Assembly: GCA_036785375.1 (NCBI GenBank)
Contig: JAWMAR010000710.1
Span: 186,001-250,000 of the forward strand
Source of the DNA: Leucoraja ocellata
Lineage: Eukaryota
Length of the DNA: 64,000 nt
Reading direction: 5' to 3'
How positions within the stretch are numbered: position 1 is the stretch's first letter; each line of letters starts with the position of its first letter. The notes beneath the pieces were generated by a model. The model was not told the origin of the DNA, ran no database searches, and saw only the letters and a program-made list of their open reading frames with translations. The position numbers and the translations under genes were made by a program. This document shows positions 37,101-49,394 of this stretch, in pieces.

Positions 37101-38478
37101 TATCTGAAACTTTCGCCAGTTGACTCTTGAGGCTGTCCACTTCTAGCTTCATTCCCTGCATATCTTCAGCCATTTGTTCAACCGCTGTTTCCATGTCTTT
37201 TATTTCAGTTCCATGTGAAGAAACAATTACGTTCACAGCCTCAAACTTCTTCTCAGTTTCTACTTCGCCTTTCTTAATTCTCACCACTAGCTCTTCATGC
37301 ACATCCTCAATTCGTTTTTGTATAATGCCAATGCAGTCAATAATTTTTTGATTACCAGCATTAATGTTTGCCATATTTTCCATTGATTTAACATTCATAT
37401 TTTCCATACTTTCCAACATTTTTGAGTTTTTAGCCTCAATATCCTTCTCAAATCTCTTACCGAGCTATTTATGTCCTCCATTTCATTTTTGTCCTTAGTA
37501 GCCATCTCAGTCTTGGATCTTGTAGCCATTCCAGAATCCACTTCAGAGGTCTGTTCTTCAGTTTTCTGTATTTTCAGCAGTTTTGTGATGTTTCTCTGAG
37601 GGCTCTGAGCTGGAGATGTTTTTTTTTCATTTAAACTGCTTTTCCCTCCGTTTTAAATTGCAGCCCTTACTGATGACGTCATCAGCGTGACGTCCCGGGG
37701 CTCCGGTGAGTTTTTGATCGGTCCCGACTTCCAAATACAATTTTAACGCGAAAAGTCGCGTTTCCACAGGAGTGGAGCTAAAAGTTGCGACTGCTAGCGT
37801 AGCATGGCGCAACCGGAAGTGCAGACATTAAAATATTTCTATAAGAACCCCCTCATCCTTCTAAATTCGTGGAAAAAACCCCAGTGGACTAATTCTTTCA
37901 TCATATGTTAGTCCCACCATCCTGGGAATTAATCACGTGAACCTACGCTGCACTCCCTCATTAGCAATAATGTCCTTCCTCAAATTAGGAGACCAAATTG
38001 CACACAATAGTCCAGGTGCGGTCTCACCAGGCCCCTGTACAACTGCAACTCCTTGCTCCTAATCTCAAATCCTCTCGCAATGAAGGCCAACATGCCATTA
38101 GCTTTCTTCACTGCCTGCTGTACCCGCATGTTTACTTTCAGTGACTGATGTACAAGCACACCCAGTCCTCCCATTTCCCTAATCTGACCACATTCAGATA
38201 ATATTCTGCCTTCCTGTTCTTGCCACCAAAGTGGATGGCCTCACATTTATCCACATTACACTGCATCTGCCATTCAGCTGACCACTCACCCAACCAATCC
38301 AAGTCATCATGCAGCCTCATAGCATCCTCATCGCAGCTCACACTCCCACCCAGCTTTGTGTCATCCACAAATCTGAAGGTGTCACATTTAATTCCCTTGT
38401 CTAAATCTTTATTATATATTGTAAATATCTGGGGTCCCAGCACCGAGCCTTGCGGCACCCCACTAGTCACTGCCCACC
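31170..38478 (-). mobile_element. CR1 fragment (31170-31349 + 37841-38478) interrupted by an L1
   Basis: CR1 ORF2 sequence is continuous across the L1 insertion (GVPQGSVLGP, LVRPHLDYC, FTQRVVNLWNSLP). Confidence 0.85.
31368..37822 (-). mobile_element. Full-length fish-type L1 LINE (ORF1, long inter-ORF spacer, ORF2 with several lesions), 18-bp TSD
   Basis: TSD AGACATTAAA(T/A)TATTTCT at 31350-31367 and 37823-37840; poly(A) remnant; 5' end ACTTCCGGTTGCGCCATG. ORF1 EARSRRQNLRILG; ORF2 SWNIRG, LQETH, YAPN, LDAEKAFD, RQGCSLSP, YADD, CDKC. Confidence 0.96.
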
Positions 38479-39020
38479 ACACTAGTCACAAGAAGGTCCG
38501 GGTCCACACGGGGCCACAGTCATTCGTGATCAGTGAGGGGGCACCGGCTATCCTGGATTTGATCCCAGCAGCTCACTCTGGCCTCAAGAGGAGGTGCAGG
38601 CGGTCTCAGTCTTCTTCATAGCCTGTGAAAGGCAGAGTTAATAGGGGGGTTTCCACTTTCCCTCCCTTTCTTCCTGCCCTGCTTCCTCCCTCTCTCTCCG
38701 CTCTGGCTGGAACTGCTTGGGTTTATAAGGAGGAGGCTGACGAGGTCCAGATGAGTTGATCCAATTCTGGGTATTTGGAAACAGCCGTGGCTGATGTGAC
38801 TGTGGCCACAGCTCAGTCCACGGTGCCGGTGTTTACCGGCAGCCAGGCGCTGTTTGTGGTGCTGATCGCTGGCTTCTGTCCTGGCTGCCGGTGACAGTGA
38901 TCGGAGCGGCCTAGAGGGAAAACATGTCATCACATTTCCTCCCCCTTAGTTGATGATCCCGGGATTTGTAACAGACCCGACCAGAGAGCATGGAAGCGGG
39001 AGAGGCCATCCGCATTCCTA

Positions 39021-39659
39021 TAGGGTGATTTCACCAAATGTCAAATGAGCGTAGATCCCCCCTCACGTGACCGAAAATTTTAACTGGAGGACATATGTCA
39101 CATCGGTACATGTTAGTGAATGGGGAAACACGCACTTTCCCACCCGTTAAAAACATGGAAAACGGACGATTTTTTAGCTGAAATTTTCTGTGCTAGTCGG
39201 GGTGACCGTGAAGCACAGCGACTTAAATTTTCAGGCAAAATAAAAGATAGAAAGTAAGGTAATTACAAGAGGGAACTGAGGTGGAAAACAGCGGAAGTGA
39301 ACAGCAAGTTAATAATGCCTTACTTTTGATGAATTTCAGCGAGCAAACGCGATAATTCCCGATATTTTGGATCTTTAGATCTCCACGGCAAATGTTTGCT
39401 GTTCACTTCCGCTGTTTTCCACCTCAGTTCCTTCTTGTAATTACCTTACTTTCTATCTTTTGTTTTGCCTGAAAATTTAGGTCGCTGTGCTTCATGGTCA
39501 CCCCGACTAGCACAGAAATTTTCAGCTCAAAAATCGGCCGTTTTCCATGTTTTTAACGGGTGGGAAAGTGCGTGTTTCCCCATTCACTAACATGTACCGA
39601 TGTGACATATGTCCTCCAGTTAAAATTTTCAGTCACGTGAGGGGGGATCTACGCTCATT
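39021..39659. mobile_element. Foldback non-autonomous DNA element: ~264-bp inverted arms, 88-bp spacer
   Basis: 39044-39307 is a near-perfect reverse complement of 39396-39659; same family as 57722-58290. Confidence 0.9.
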
Positions 39660-39669
39660 ATAGTCGCTC

Positions 39670-39868
39670 CATCTCTCCCGCCCTCTCTCTCCTTCTCTCT
39701 CTCCCTCTCACTATCTCCCTCGCCCACCCTTTCCATCTCTCTCGCACTCTTTCACTATATCGCCCTCTCTATCTCACTCGCCTTCTCTCTCGATCACTGT
39801 CGCACCCTCTATCTCCCTAACTTGCTCTCTCTCTCTCTAACTTGCTTTCTCTCTCTCTCTATCTCTCG
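39670..39868. repeat. CT-rich low-complexity / (CT)n microsatellite
   Basis: Read directly from the sequence. Confidence 0.85.
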
Positions 39869-40337
39869 CCACAGCTCATTCCAGGGCGCCTGTGTTTTCC
39901 AGCAGCCAGGCGCTGTTTGAGGTGCTGAAACGCACGATCCATGTTACAGCAAAATATGAAAGTGTAATATTAGGGAATTGATAGGTTTCTTCTTAGATTG
40001 AACGATACAGACAGAAGACGGGGCCAACAAGTGCTGGAATCGGATAAGTGATGATAGTGCTGATGGGAACCATTAAGGGAGAGATAAAGGGCAGATGGAA
40101 CCGGATGGGGGAGGGGATCCAGTGGTGAAGTGTGTGGGTGGAGAGGAGATGGAGCCGGGAGACAGAGGGAGAGGAGAAAGGGGGCTGGAGAGGGGAGATG
40201 GGAGAGGAAACAAAAATGTGAGTATTAGAGGTGGTTCAGAAAGAGGAGGAGAGTGCAACACAGAAGGTGTATGTTTCCTCAAATTAGAATATTCCATGTA
40301 CATACCATTGGTTGTAAACTTTCCGTGGTGGAATATA

Positions 40338-41830
40338 AGGTGGTATTCTTCTAAACGCCTGGCTATACTACAGTAGCCAGCAACCCAAAGGCACGAGTAT
40401 TGAATTTCCTAATTTCAAGTTGTCTCAGACCGATGATCCAGTTCCCTGCATTCTCCCCTTCCTCGGCTCTTCCTTTCCCTCCCACACTCTCCCCCAGCCA
40501 GATGATGCAGCTAACTCCATGTTGGTTCCCTCATTCCCTCAAGGCAATCAAGTCTTTTCTCTGAATTTCATTTCTCATTAAATTCCTCTCCGAGTGGATC
40601 CTCACAGCCTCCAGAGCTCCAAGCTCTTTACTGTAGCTCAGCTCTCTGTTTCCATCACTTTGCCATTTCTTCTTCAACACAGTGCCTCTGCTTTTCATCA
40701 GCCACTGACCCACTTCAGTTCCCTGTGGTGAACATGGCTCCTGCATCCATGACCTCTGCCACCCTACATTCAAAATAAAGGAAAAGTGATCACATTTGTT
40801 TTTATTGTGGTGACAATCCCTTAGTTGATATAGAAAGTTTACAATAACTGTACTGTAATGTCTGGCACTATGATATCCTCCCTCTCTACACTTCACATCA
40901 AAAGATAAACCCCAGTCTCACAACCATCTTGGTGGAAAGTCCACTGACAAAATGATGGGCACTGGCAGGAGTAGCCGCGGTAAGAATGATGGAAATTCAG
41001 CAACCAATCTCCACAGAGAATGTTCTCACAATGTGCTAATATTCAGATTAATAACTGTTGATTTGTGGATAAATAATGGTCAGGCCAATGGCAACAATTC
41101 ACCTATTGATATCTGTAGATTCACAAAATGCAGGTGAGTTTAGTTTAGAGATACAGCACAGAAAGAGGCCACTCGGCACACTGAGACCCAACAAACCAGC
41201 GAACCGCGCACACTTATATACATACTCTAGAGGCAATTCACATTTGTACCAAGCCAATTATCCTACACATCTGTACATTTTTGGAGTGTGGAAAGAAACC
41301 AAATATCTCAGAGAAAACCCAAGCGGTCAAGTGGAGAATGTACAAATTAGGTACAGACAGCAGCAGTAGTCAGGAGCTAACCTGGGTCTCTGGCACTGTA
41401 AGGCAGCAACTCTGCTACTGCACCACCGTGCCCCTCAGAGATAGCGGGCAACATATCAGTGATTATATAATCTTATAGATACAACCTCCAACAGTTTAGT
41501 TCTCCCTCACTTCTACACCTGAGTGAGAAATGAAATTTCATTTTTTAGTAAAATCATTATTGTTAGTTGTTATAATTCTGAAATACAAGCTGAAGGGACA
41601 GCAAATATCCCAGCAATGGTCATTGTTGTTGTTGTATCATTCATCTTCATTGTTTTTCCACAATATCTATGGAAGCTGAATACAGATGTTGAACCAGTGT
41701 GAAGAAAACTGATTCTCACTTTTAAGTAATGGCAGGAAATGCAGTGCATTTAAAAGCTTGATGTAACAATTATGTTAAGTCTGAGCAGGTATAAAGGTGG
41801 AAAGCTACAAATTAGTTTGAAAGTCAATTC
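40338..41830 (+). repeat. Segmental duplication block S2 (direct copy at 59169-59241 + 60966-62430)
   Basis: Co-linear match including a shared SINE (41135-41432 vs 61555-61846). The empty L1 site is at 40398-40411. Confidence 0.92.
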
Positions 41831-42799
41831 CTGAAAGCGGCCTTGGTGACATTGATGGGTTGAGAGAGTGTTGCTGATGCTATTACTTCCTGCTGGTCTT
41901 TTAGGCGACTAGATGTCCAGGTCCGGAACCAGGAAGACAATCGCAAACCAGCTGGACTTCACTGTGATCTGAGCTGGGGCAGTGAAGTGTGTGACATGTG
42001 CTGAAATGTCCATAGCAGCGAGACAAAATAATATAACTCCTTTCAGCATCACAGTTACTGAGGCACAAGGGGTAATCAGGTAAAAATTCCCCACCAGATT
42101 TTTATTAAAATTCTTTGATTTGTTCATCTGATGTTTCAAAATGTGACCTTGCATGAATTCCACAATAAAACACTTTAGGTTTTACACAATAATTAGCTGG
42201 TCTGGCACCCCAGTGACTCCCCCGTGGGAATGGTGAACGTCTCCTGACCCTCTCACTAACCCTCATACAGAACCAGCATGCTTCAAACTTCAGCCCTACC
42301 CCACTCTCTGTCACATTCCTCTGTCCACCAGCTGCCTCCTTCCTCTCTTTGCATCCAATTCCAACCTTCCCTTCATTCCCATTATTCCCACCATCCCTCT
42401 CCCATTCACACCCATTGGTTCCCAGCCCTTCCCTCTTCCTGGGTCCTGCTCCCAGCTGAATGCTGATCAGAAGCCCGAGTCCGGAGCAGCTTCAACCTGA
42501 AGAAGAGTTCTGACCCAAAACATCACATTAATCTTCTCCGGTAATGCCCCACTGAGTTACTCTTACTAAACATATTAAATTCATTCTTTCAGTATTGTGT
42601 ATCTGTCAAACAGAGATGAACAGGCAGCTGCTCCACAGGGAGACTTTCTTGAAGCTTCTCCTTGAACACTGAAGCATTTTGTACAAGAGAGATTTTTGCC
42701 ATGAACTACAATTCTTCACGGGGTGCACACAGGATGTTATAATAAGCACCAATGGTACAAGTGTATGTTCAATATCTAATATGAGGTATTGACACTTAC

Positions 42800-43069
42800 C
42801 CAAAATAACATTAAAATTGGCGTTACTTGTATGAACGATTTTTCCTTTTTCCCGCACTTCACACACATACAGCTTCCCATCCTCCACTGTAACATGTTGG
42901 GGCATCAGGTAGACCGTGTTATTCAGACGGATCTGATCAGTGTTGCTCCTGTTCTGCTGTGATTAGTCCATTGGTCTCCACTGAAGACTGACTGTATCTG
43001 AGAGTCTGGAGATGGTGCAGCTGAGTGTGACGTCACTGCCCAGCAGAGGGCGCTGTGGACTTGCCTCAA
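42800..43069 (-). pseudogene. Gene C D2 exon (C2-like Ig) with in-frame TAA
   Basis: Acceptor TTTTTCACAG| and donor |GTAAGT; 270 bp; VTLSC..W..YVC with Cys 52 apart; stop at 42963-42965 where gene B has TCA. Confidence 0.88.
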
Positions 43070-43099
43070 CTGTGAAAAACAGATCAACGAGAGTCAGAG

Positions 43100-43950
43100 C
43101 AAAGGTCTTAGAGCAGAGCGAGATGGGTTACTCTCACGCAAACGTGTAGTATGCTCATGGGCAGATTCATGGGTGATTATAGGACCCATTTTAGCGACCC
43201 GTCCCCGCCATCTTGTTCCGGCCAAAGATCGGATCTTTGTTTCCGCAGCAGGGAGAGGGGGTGTGCGGCCCGGGGAGAGGGAGTGAGCGGCCCGGGGCAG
43301 CAGGGAGAGGGGTAAAAGAGGGGGGGGGGACATTGTAGGGTGGGGGCATGTGAGGGAGTGCCGGGGGGAGAGAGTTGAGGGGTGGGATAAGGCCTAGTGT
43401 GTGAAGTTGTGGGGAGGTTTACAATGTTTCTTATTTAATGTCCCCTGTCTAGTCTGAAATAAACTTCATCATTGGATCAGAAGAACTATAATTGTGTGTG
43501 TTATATGATTATATATGTTTATATCACATTCATGTATGTGTGTTTATAAACATTTTATTCTTTAACAAGAAATAACAGAATTATGAACTAACAGAATTAT
43601 GAATCTAACCCTGTATCACACACAAAAACTTCCCCCGCAATGACAATTACACTGCTTGTGAGCCATTTAAAAAAAATGATTTAAAAAACATTAAAAAAGA
43701 CAATTACCAGGATCAAATTTTATTCTTGACAAGAAGTATGAACTGACAGAATTATGAATCTAACCCTATATCACACACACAAACTGTTGCCCCGCAACAT
43801 TGATTACACTGCGAGTCGGGTCGGGTCAGGTAGGCTCCGGTTACTAAAATGGGCGGTGAAAAATGCCCAGGATCCCCTCCGTAGCGTACTACACATCAGC
43901 CCATTGTATTTCGCAGGAGTGGCCTATCTTGCTCTGCTCTAAGATCTTTG
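43100..43950. mobile_element. Non-autonomous hAT-like DNA transposon
   Basis: TIR CAAAG(G/A)TCTTAGAGCAGAGC(G/A)AGAT; 8-bp flanks AGTCAGAG / ATTCAGAG (7/8 match); internal ~75-bp duplication. Confidence 0.75.
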
Positions 43951-44325
43951 ATTCAGAGTGAGTTGAGGTGTGGACAGTTGAATGACTGGGCTCAATCTCA
44001 CCTCAGCTGAAAACCTAGACATACAGATAGAAGAACAACTTTCCAAGTGGTTTCTGATTCTTGAACCAATCATCACCTTCCTGGTGGTGCGGTCACGTGT
44101 TCTTGCTATTATTGCAGTTTTATTTTGCATTCATTCAGACAGCTCTGTAAACTCTGCACTGTTCTGCTGTGTTGCATTTATTGTATTTATGGTTTTATCC
44201 ATCATTAAGTTTTACTCAATGAGCTTCATGTGAACAAAGAATGTATTTGCATCTTGGTGTTTATGTTAATCAACTCATCTGGACCTGTATCGGTCAACAC
44301 AGTTACATTGTTGCTGTTCGACACA

Positions 44326-44548
44326 TTTTAATTTTTTTTAATCAAAATTATTTATTCAAATATTAATATAATATTTACAAGACAATAAAACACAACACAA
44401 CCCACCACCATAACACAAGACAAACAATAAACTATTATACAACTATCTTACAGTCCTTGTCAAGGATGCAATCACCCCCTGCAGTGCCCAGCGGTCCCGG
44501 AAATCCCCCAGAGTGCCCATGGAGACTGCATGGTTCCTTTCCAAACCA
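44326..44548 (-). mobile_element. 3' end of a Tx1/L1-like LINE
   Basis: Poly(A) remnant with AATAAA; C-terminal GDFRDRW-like motif. Confidence 0.55.
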
Positions 44549-44846
44549 CGTGTGGCGCAAAATGGCGGCGGCGCGGGCACACCGCGACGCCCTGTGTCTC
44601 CCTAGAATGGGAAAAATAGCAACGATCCCCTTACCTGCTTCAAGGCTGCTCACTCGGAGCAGTCTTGTACTCATCTCGTACAGCCGACAGGAACTTCTGG
44701 ACTTCGGTTCCCGCGGCTGCAACAACTTTTTGGACGATCTCCCTCTTCCGACTGAGCTCATCAGAGCAACAGAGCACCCGACTGGAGACCGCCAGGTGAG
44801 TCGCGGGGTTGGAGACCGCCATCCGACCCGCGGAGCCCAACCGACC

Positions 44847-45152
44847 CTCGGCCCTCGCCCGACTCCCGGCCCTCGCTCGACTCCCGGCCCTCACCGGATC
44901 CCCGGTCCTCGCCCGACTCCCGGTTCTCGCCCGATCCCCGGCCTTGACCCGACCCCCGGCCCACGCCTGACGCCCGGCCCTCACCGGATCCCCGGTCCTC
45001 GCCCGACTCCCGACCCACGCCCGACCCCCGGTCCTCGCCCGACTCCCGGCCCACGCCCGACGCCCGGCCCTCACCGGATCCCCGGCCCTGACCCGACCCC
45101 CGGTCCTGGCCCGACTCCCGGTACTCACCCGATCCCCGGAGCCCAACCGTCC
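44847..45152 (+). repeat. 18-bp coding minisatellite (~17 units, PGPRPT-like) with 90-bp higher-order period
   Basis: The PGPHRI variant recurs at units 3, 8 and 13. Confidence 0.9.
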
Positions 45153-45200
45153 CGCGGAGCTGGAGAACGCCAGGTGAGTCCCGGAGCTGGAGAACGCCGC

Positions 45201-45713
45201 GGAGCTGGAGACCACCACCCGACCCGTGGAGCTGGAGACCACCACCCGACCCGTGGAGCTGGAGACCACCACCCGACCCGTGGAGCTGGAGACCACCACC
45301 CGACCCGTGGAGCTGGAGACCACCACCCGACCCGTGGAGCTGGAGACCACCACCCGACCCGTGGAGCTGGAGACCACCACCCGACCCGTGGAGCTGGAGA
45401 CCGCCACCCGACCCGTGGAGCTGGAGACCACCACCCGACCCGTGGAGCTGGAGACCACCACCTGACCCGTGGAGCTGGAGACCACCACCCGACCCGTGGA
45501 GCTGAAGAACGCCACCCGACCCGTGGAGCTGGAGACCACCACCCGACCCGTGGAGCTGGAGAACGCCACCCGACCCGTGGAGCTGGAGACCACCACCCGA
45601 CCCGTGGAGCTGGAGACCACCACCCGACCCGGGGAGCTGGAGACCACCACCCGACCCATGGAGCTGGAGAACGCCACCCGACCCGTGGAGCTGGAGACCA
45701 CCACCCGACCCGT
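45201..45713 (+). repeat. 27-bp coding minisatellite, 19 units GGAGCTGGAGACCACCACCCGACCCGT (GAGDHHPTR)
   Basis: Counted from the sequence and its translation. Confidence 0.95.
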
Positions 45714-48700
45714 GGAGCTGGAGAACGCCAGGTAAGCCCCGGGGCTGGAGACCATCAGCAGAGCCGCGGGGCTGAAGACCGCCTGCGGAGTAACGCAGAC
45801 GCGGAGCAACGGAGCGGCAGAACACCAGCGCGCACCAAGCCAGCTCGGCCCACCAGAAGCACCAACAGACGGCGACGGGTACGAAAACACCGCCGGGGAC
45901 GCAGAGGTGGGTTAAAGGCCAGGTTAGAGCTAGCCCCACACAGGGCAGCGATTCCTAGCCTTTTCCTCGCCAACGTGCGCTCACTGGCAAACAAAATGGA
46001 TGAACTCCGGCTAAGGATCACCTCCCACAACCGGATCAAGGACTGCAACATCTTGATCTTCACTGAAACTTGGCTCAACACTGACGTTCCTGACAGCGCC
46101 ATCCAGCTATCGGGGCGTCATTTACTCCGAGCGGACAGGACATCAGACTCTGGTAAGACCAGAGGGGGGGTCTGTGCATTTATGTAAACAAAGCATGGTG
46201 CACGGACTCCACCATCATCGAGAGTCACTGCTCAGCTAACCTTGAATTCCTCTTGGTTAGATGCAGACCGTTCTATCTGCCCAGAGAGTTCACCTCCACT
46301 GTTGTGACTGCAGCCTACATCCCTCCTGATGCTAATGCCAAGCTTGCAATGAAAGAGCTGCATACTGCCATCAGCAAACAACAGACTCACAACCCCGAGG
46401 CAGCCTTCATTGTTGCGGGTGACTTCAATCACTCCAACCTGAAGACTGTACTCCCCAAATTCCACCAACATGTATCCTTCCCCACTAGAGTAGACAAGAC
46501 ACTGGACAAAGTCTACACCAACATGGCTGAAGCTTACAAAGCCATCCCCCTCCCCCACCTTGGTCAGTCTGATCACGTCTCATTGTTCCTGCTCCCTAAG
46601 TACTCCCCACTCATCAGACGGGTTAAACCAACTGTAAAGACAGTTAAAGTCTGGTCAGAGGAAGCGGACTTCACACTTCAGCAGTGTTTTGGAAACACTG
46701 ACTGGAAGGCGTTTGCAGCCCAGGCCACCCTTGACTCTCACACGGACATTGATTCCTATACATCCTCTGTTCTGGACTTTATAAACTCCACCATCAATAG
46801 TGTCACCTCCCTCAAACAGGTGACCATATACCCGAATCAGAAGCAATGGATGAACAGCGAGGTCAGGCTACTGCTGAAAGCACGGGACACCGCTTTCAGG
46901 TCAGGCGATGCTCGAGCCTACAGTTCATCCAGGGCTAACCTGAAGAGGGGCATCAGGAAGGCCAAGCACTGCCATAAGCTCAGGATTGAGGAGCACTTCA
47001 ACAACAACTCCGACCCCCGACGCATGTGGCAAGGCATCCAGGCCATCACGGACTACAGACCCTCCAACATCACCCCCACATCCAGCGATGCCTCCTTCCT
47101 TGAGGAGCTTAACCACTTCTATGGCCGCTTTGACAGGGACAATCTAGAGACAGCCATCAAGGCTGTGCTACCTGCCGATCACCAACCCCTCACACTCACC
47201 CCCTACGACGTGTACGTGGCACTGAGTAGGACTAATGCACGTAAGGCTGCTGGCCCTGACGGCATCCCCGGGCGCGTGCTCAGTGCCTGTGCTGCGCAGC
47301 TGACAGACGTCTGGACTGACATCTTCAACCTGTCACTTGCCCAAGCAGTTGTCCCCACTTGCCTTAAAGCCACCTCCATCGTGCCAGTGCCAAAACACTC
47401 CACTGCGGCAAGCCTCAACGACTTCCGCCCAGTTGCACTTACCCCCATCATCACCAAGTGCTTCGAGAGGCTGGTCCTGGCACACCTCAAAAGCTGCCTA
47501 CCCCCCACACTGGATCCCTATCAGTTTGCCTACCGCAAGAACAGGAGTACGGAGGATGCCATCTCAACGGCACTTCACTCCGCCCTCTCCCACCTTGACA
47601 ACAGAGACACTTATGTAAGAATGCTGTTCATCGATTACAGCTCAGCATTCAACACCATTATTCCATCAAAACTGATCACCAAACTCGGTAACCTGGGCAT
47701 CGACCCCTCCCTCTGCAACTGGATACTGGACTTTCTAACCAACAGACCCCAGTCTGTGAGGTTAGACAAGCACACCTCTTCAACCCTCACCCTGAACACC
47801 GGCGTTCCTCAGGGCTGTGTGCTGAGCCCCCTCCTCTACTCCCTCTTCACCTATGACTGCACACCTGTACATGGTACTAACACCATCATCAAGTATGCAG
47901 ATGATACAACGGTGATTGGCCTCATCAGCAACAACGATGAGCTGGCCTACAGGGAGGAGGTCCAGCACTTAGCAGCATGGTGCGCTGACAACAACCTGGC
48001 CCTTAACTCCAAGAAGACCAAGGAGCTCATTGTAGACTTCAGGAAGTCCAGAGGTGGCACGCACACCCCCATCCACATTAACAGGACGGAGGTGGAACGT
48101 GTTTCTAGCTTCAGGTTCCTGGGAGTGAACATCTCCGATGACCTCTCTTGGACCCACAATACCTCTACTCTGATCAAGAAGGCTCATCAGCGTCTCTTCT
48201 TCCTGAGGAGACTGAAGAAGGTCCATCTGTCTCCTCAGATCCTGGTGAACTTCTACCACTGCACCATCGAGAGCATCCTTACCAACTGCATCACAGTATG
48301 GTATGGCAACTGCTCTGTCTCCGACCGGAAGGCACTGCAGAGGGTGGTGAAAATTGCCCAACGCATCACCGGTTCCACGCTCCCCTCCATTGAGTCTGTC
48401 CAAAGCAAGCGCTGTCTGCGGAGGGCGCTCAGCATCGCCAAGGACTGCTCTCACCCCAACCATGGACTGTTTACCCTCCTACCATCCGGGAGGCGCTACA
48501 GGTCTCTCCGTTGCCGAACCAGCAGGTCGAGGAACAGCTTCTTTCCGGCGGCTGTCACTCTACTAAACAACGTACCTCGGTGACTGCCAATCACCCCCCC
48601 CCCTCCCCCGGACACTTATTATTTATTTTTTATTCAAATCGTTTGCTATGTCGCTCTTCAAGGGAGATGATAAATGCATTTCGTTGTCTCTGTACTGTAC

Positions 48701-48839
48701 ACTGACAATGAGAATTAAAATTGAATCTGAATCTGAATCTGACTCGGGCACGGACGTAACCCCGGAAAAGGGGCAGGCAGCTGGCTCAGGCCTGGCATCG
48801 TAGCTTGGCTCGGCAACTTGAGCGCCAGAAGCGGAAAAG

Positions 48840-49292
48840 ACTATAAAAGTATTAAACACTGCCCAGTCCATCATCGACTCAGACCGCCCTTCCATCGAGG
48901 GGATCTATTGCAGTCACTGCCTCAAAAAGGCCGGCCGCATCATCAAGGGCACACACCAACCTTGCCACATACTCATCTCCCCGCTACCTTCAGGTTGAAG
49001 GTACAGGAGCCTGAAGACTGCAACATCCAGGTTCAGGAATAGCTATTTCCCCATAGCCATCAGGCTATTAAACTCAACTGGAACAAATCTCCGAACGTTA
49101 ATAGACCATTATCTGTTTATTTGCACTTTATCTGCTTAATTGTTGATGTGTGTATATATTTATATAATGGTATATGGACTCACTGATATGTTCTGTACTC
49201 ATGCCTATTATATTGTGCTGAAGTAAAGCAAGAATTTCATTGTCCCATCTGGGACACATGACAATAAACTCTCTTGACTTGACTCTTGACTT
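48840..49292 (+). mobile_element. Rex-type LINE 3' fragment
   Basis: Similar to 28560-28972; (TTGAC) tail. Confidence 0.75.
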
Positions 49293-49394
49293 GTGGATGG
49301 CCAGCTTGGCCTGGTCCTGGAGAGAAGGTAAAAACGGGCTATGCGGTGCAGGGAAACGATTGGGTTGCAGGTTGTGGAAGGCAGACAGTCAGAA

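Larger units (their letters stand above)
44550..48741 (+). mobile_element. Rex1/Babar-type LINE, apparently full length, one frameshift in a G7 run (46164-46170)
   Basis: AAAATGGCGGCG start at 44562; YSRQELL, LANVRS, FTETW; 776-aa APE-RT continuation with YADD; (AATCTG)n tail. Confidence 0.93.

Noticed and set aside
45201-45713. CRISPR-like array
   Set aside because: Head-to-tail repeats with no unique spacers, no cas genes, and a eukaryotic context.
44640-45939. Long antisense and alternative-frame ORFs (416 aa SSSTGRVVV, 392 aa GSGGGLQLH, ELETTTRPV)
   Set aside because: By-products of stop-free 18/27-bp tandem repeats; only the frame continuous with the LINE endonuclease is supported.
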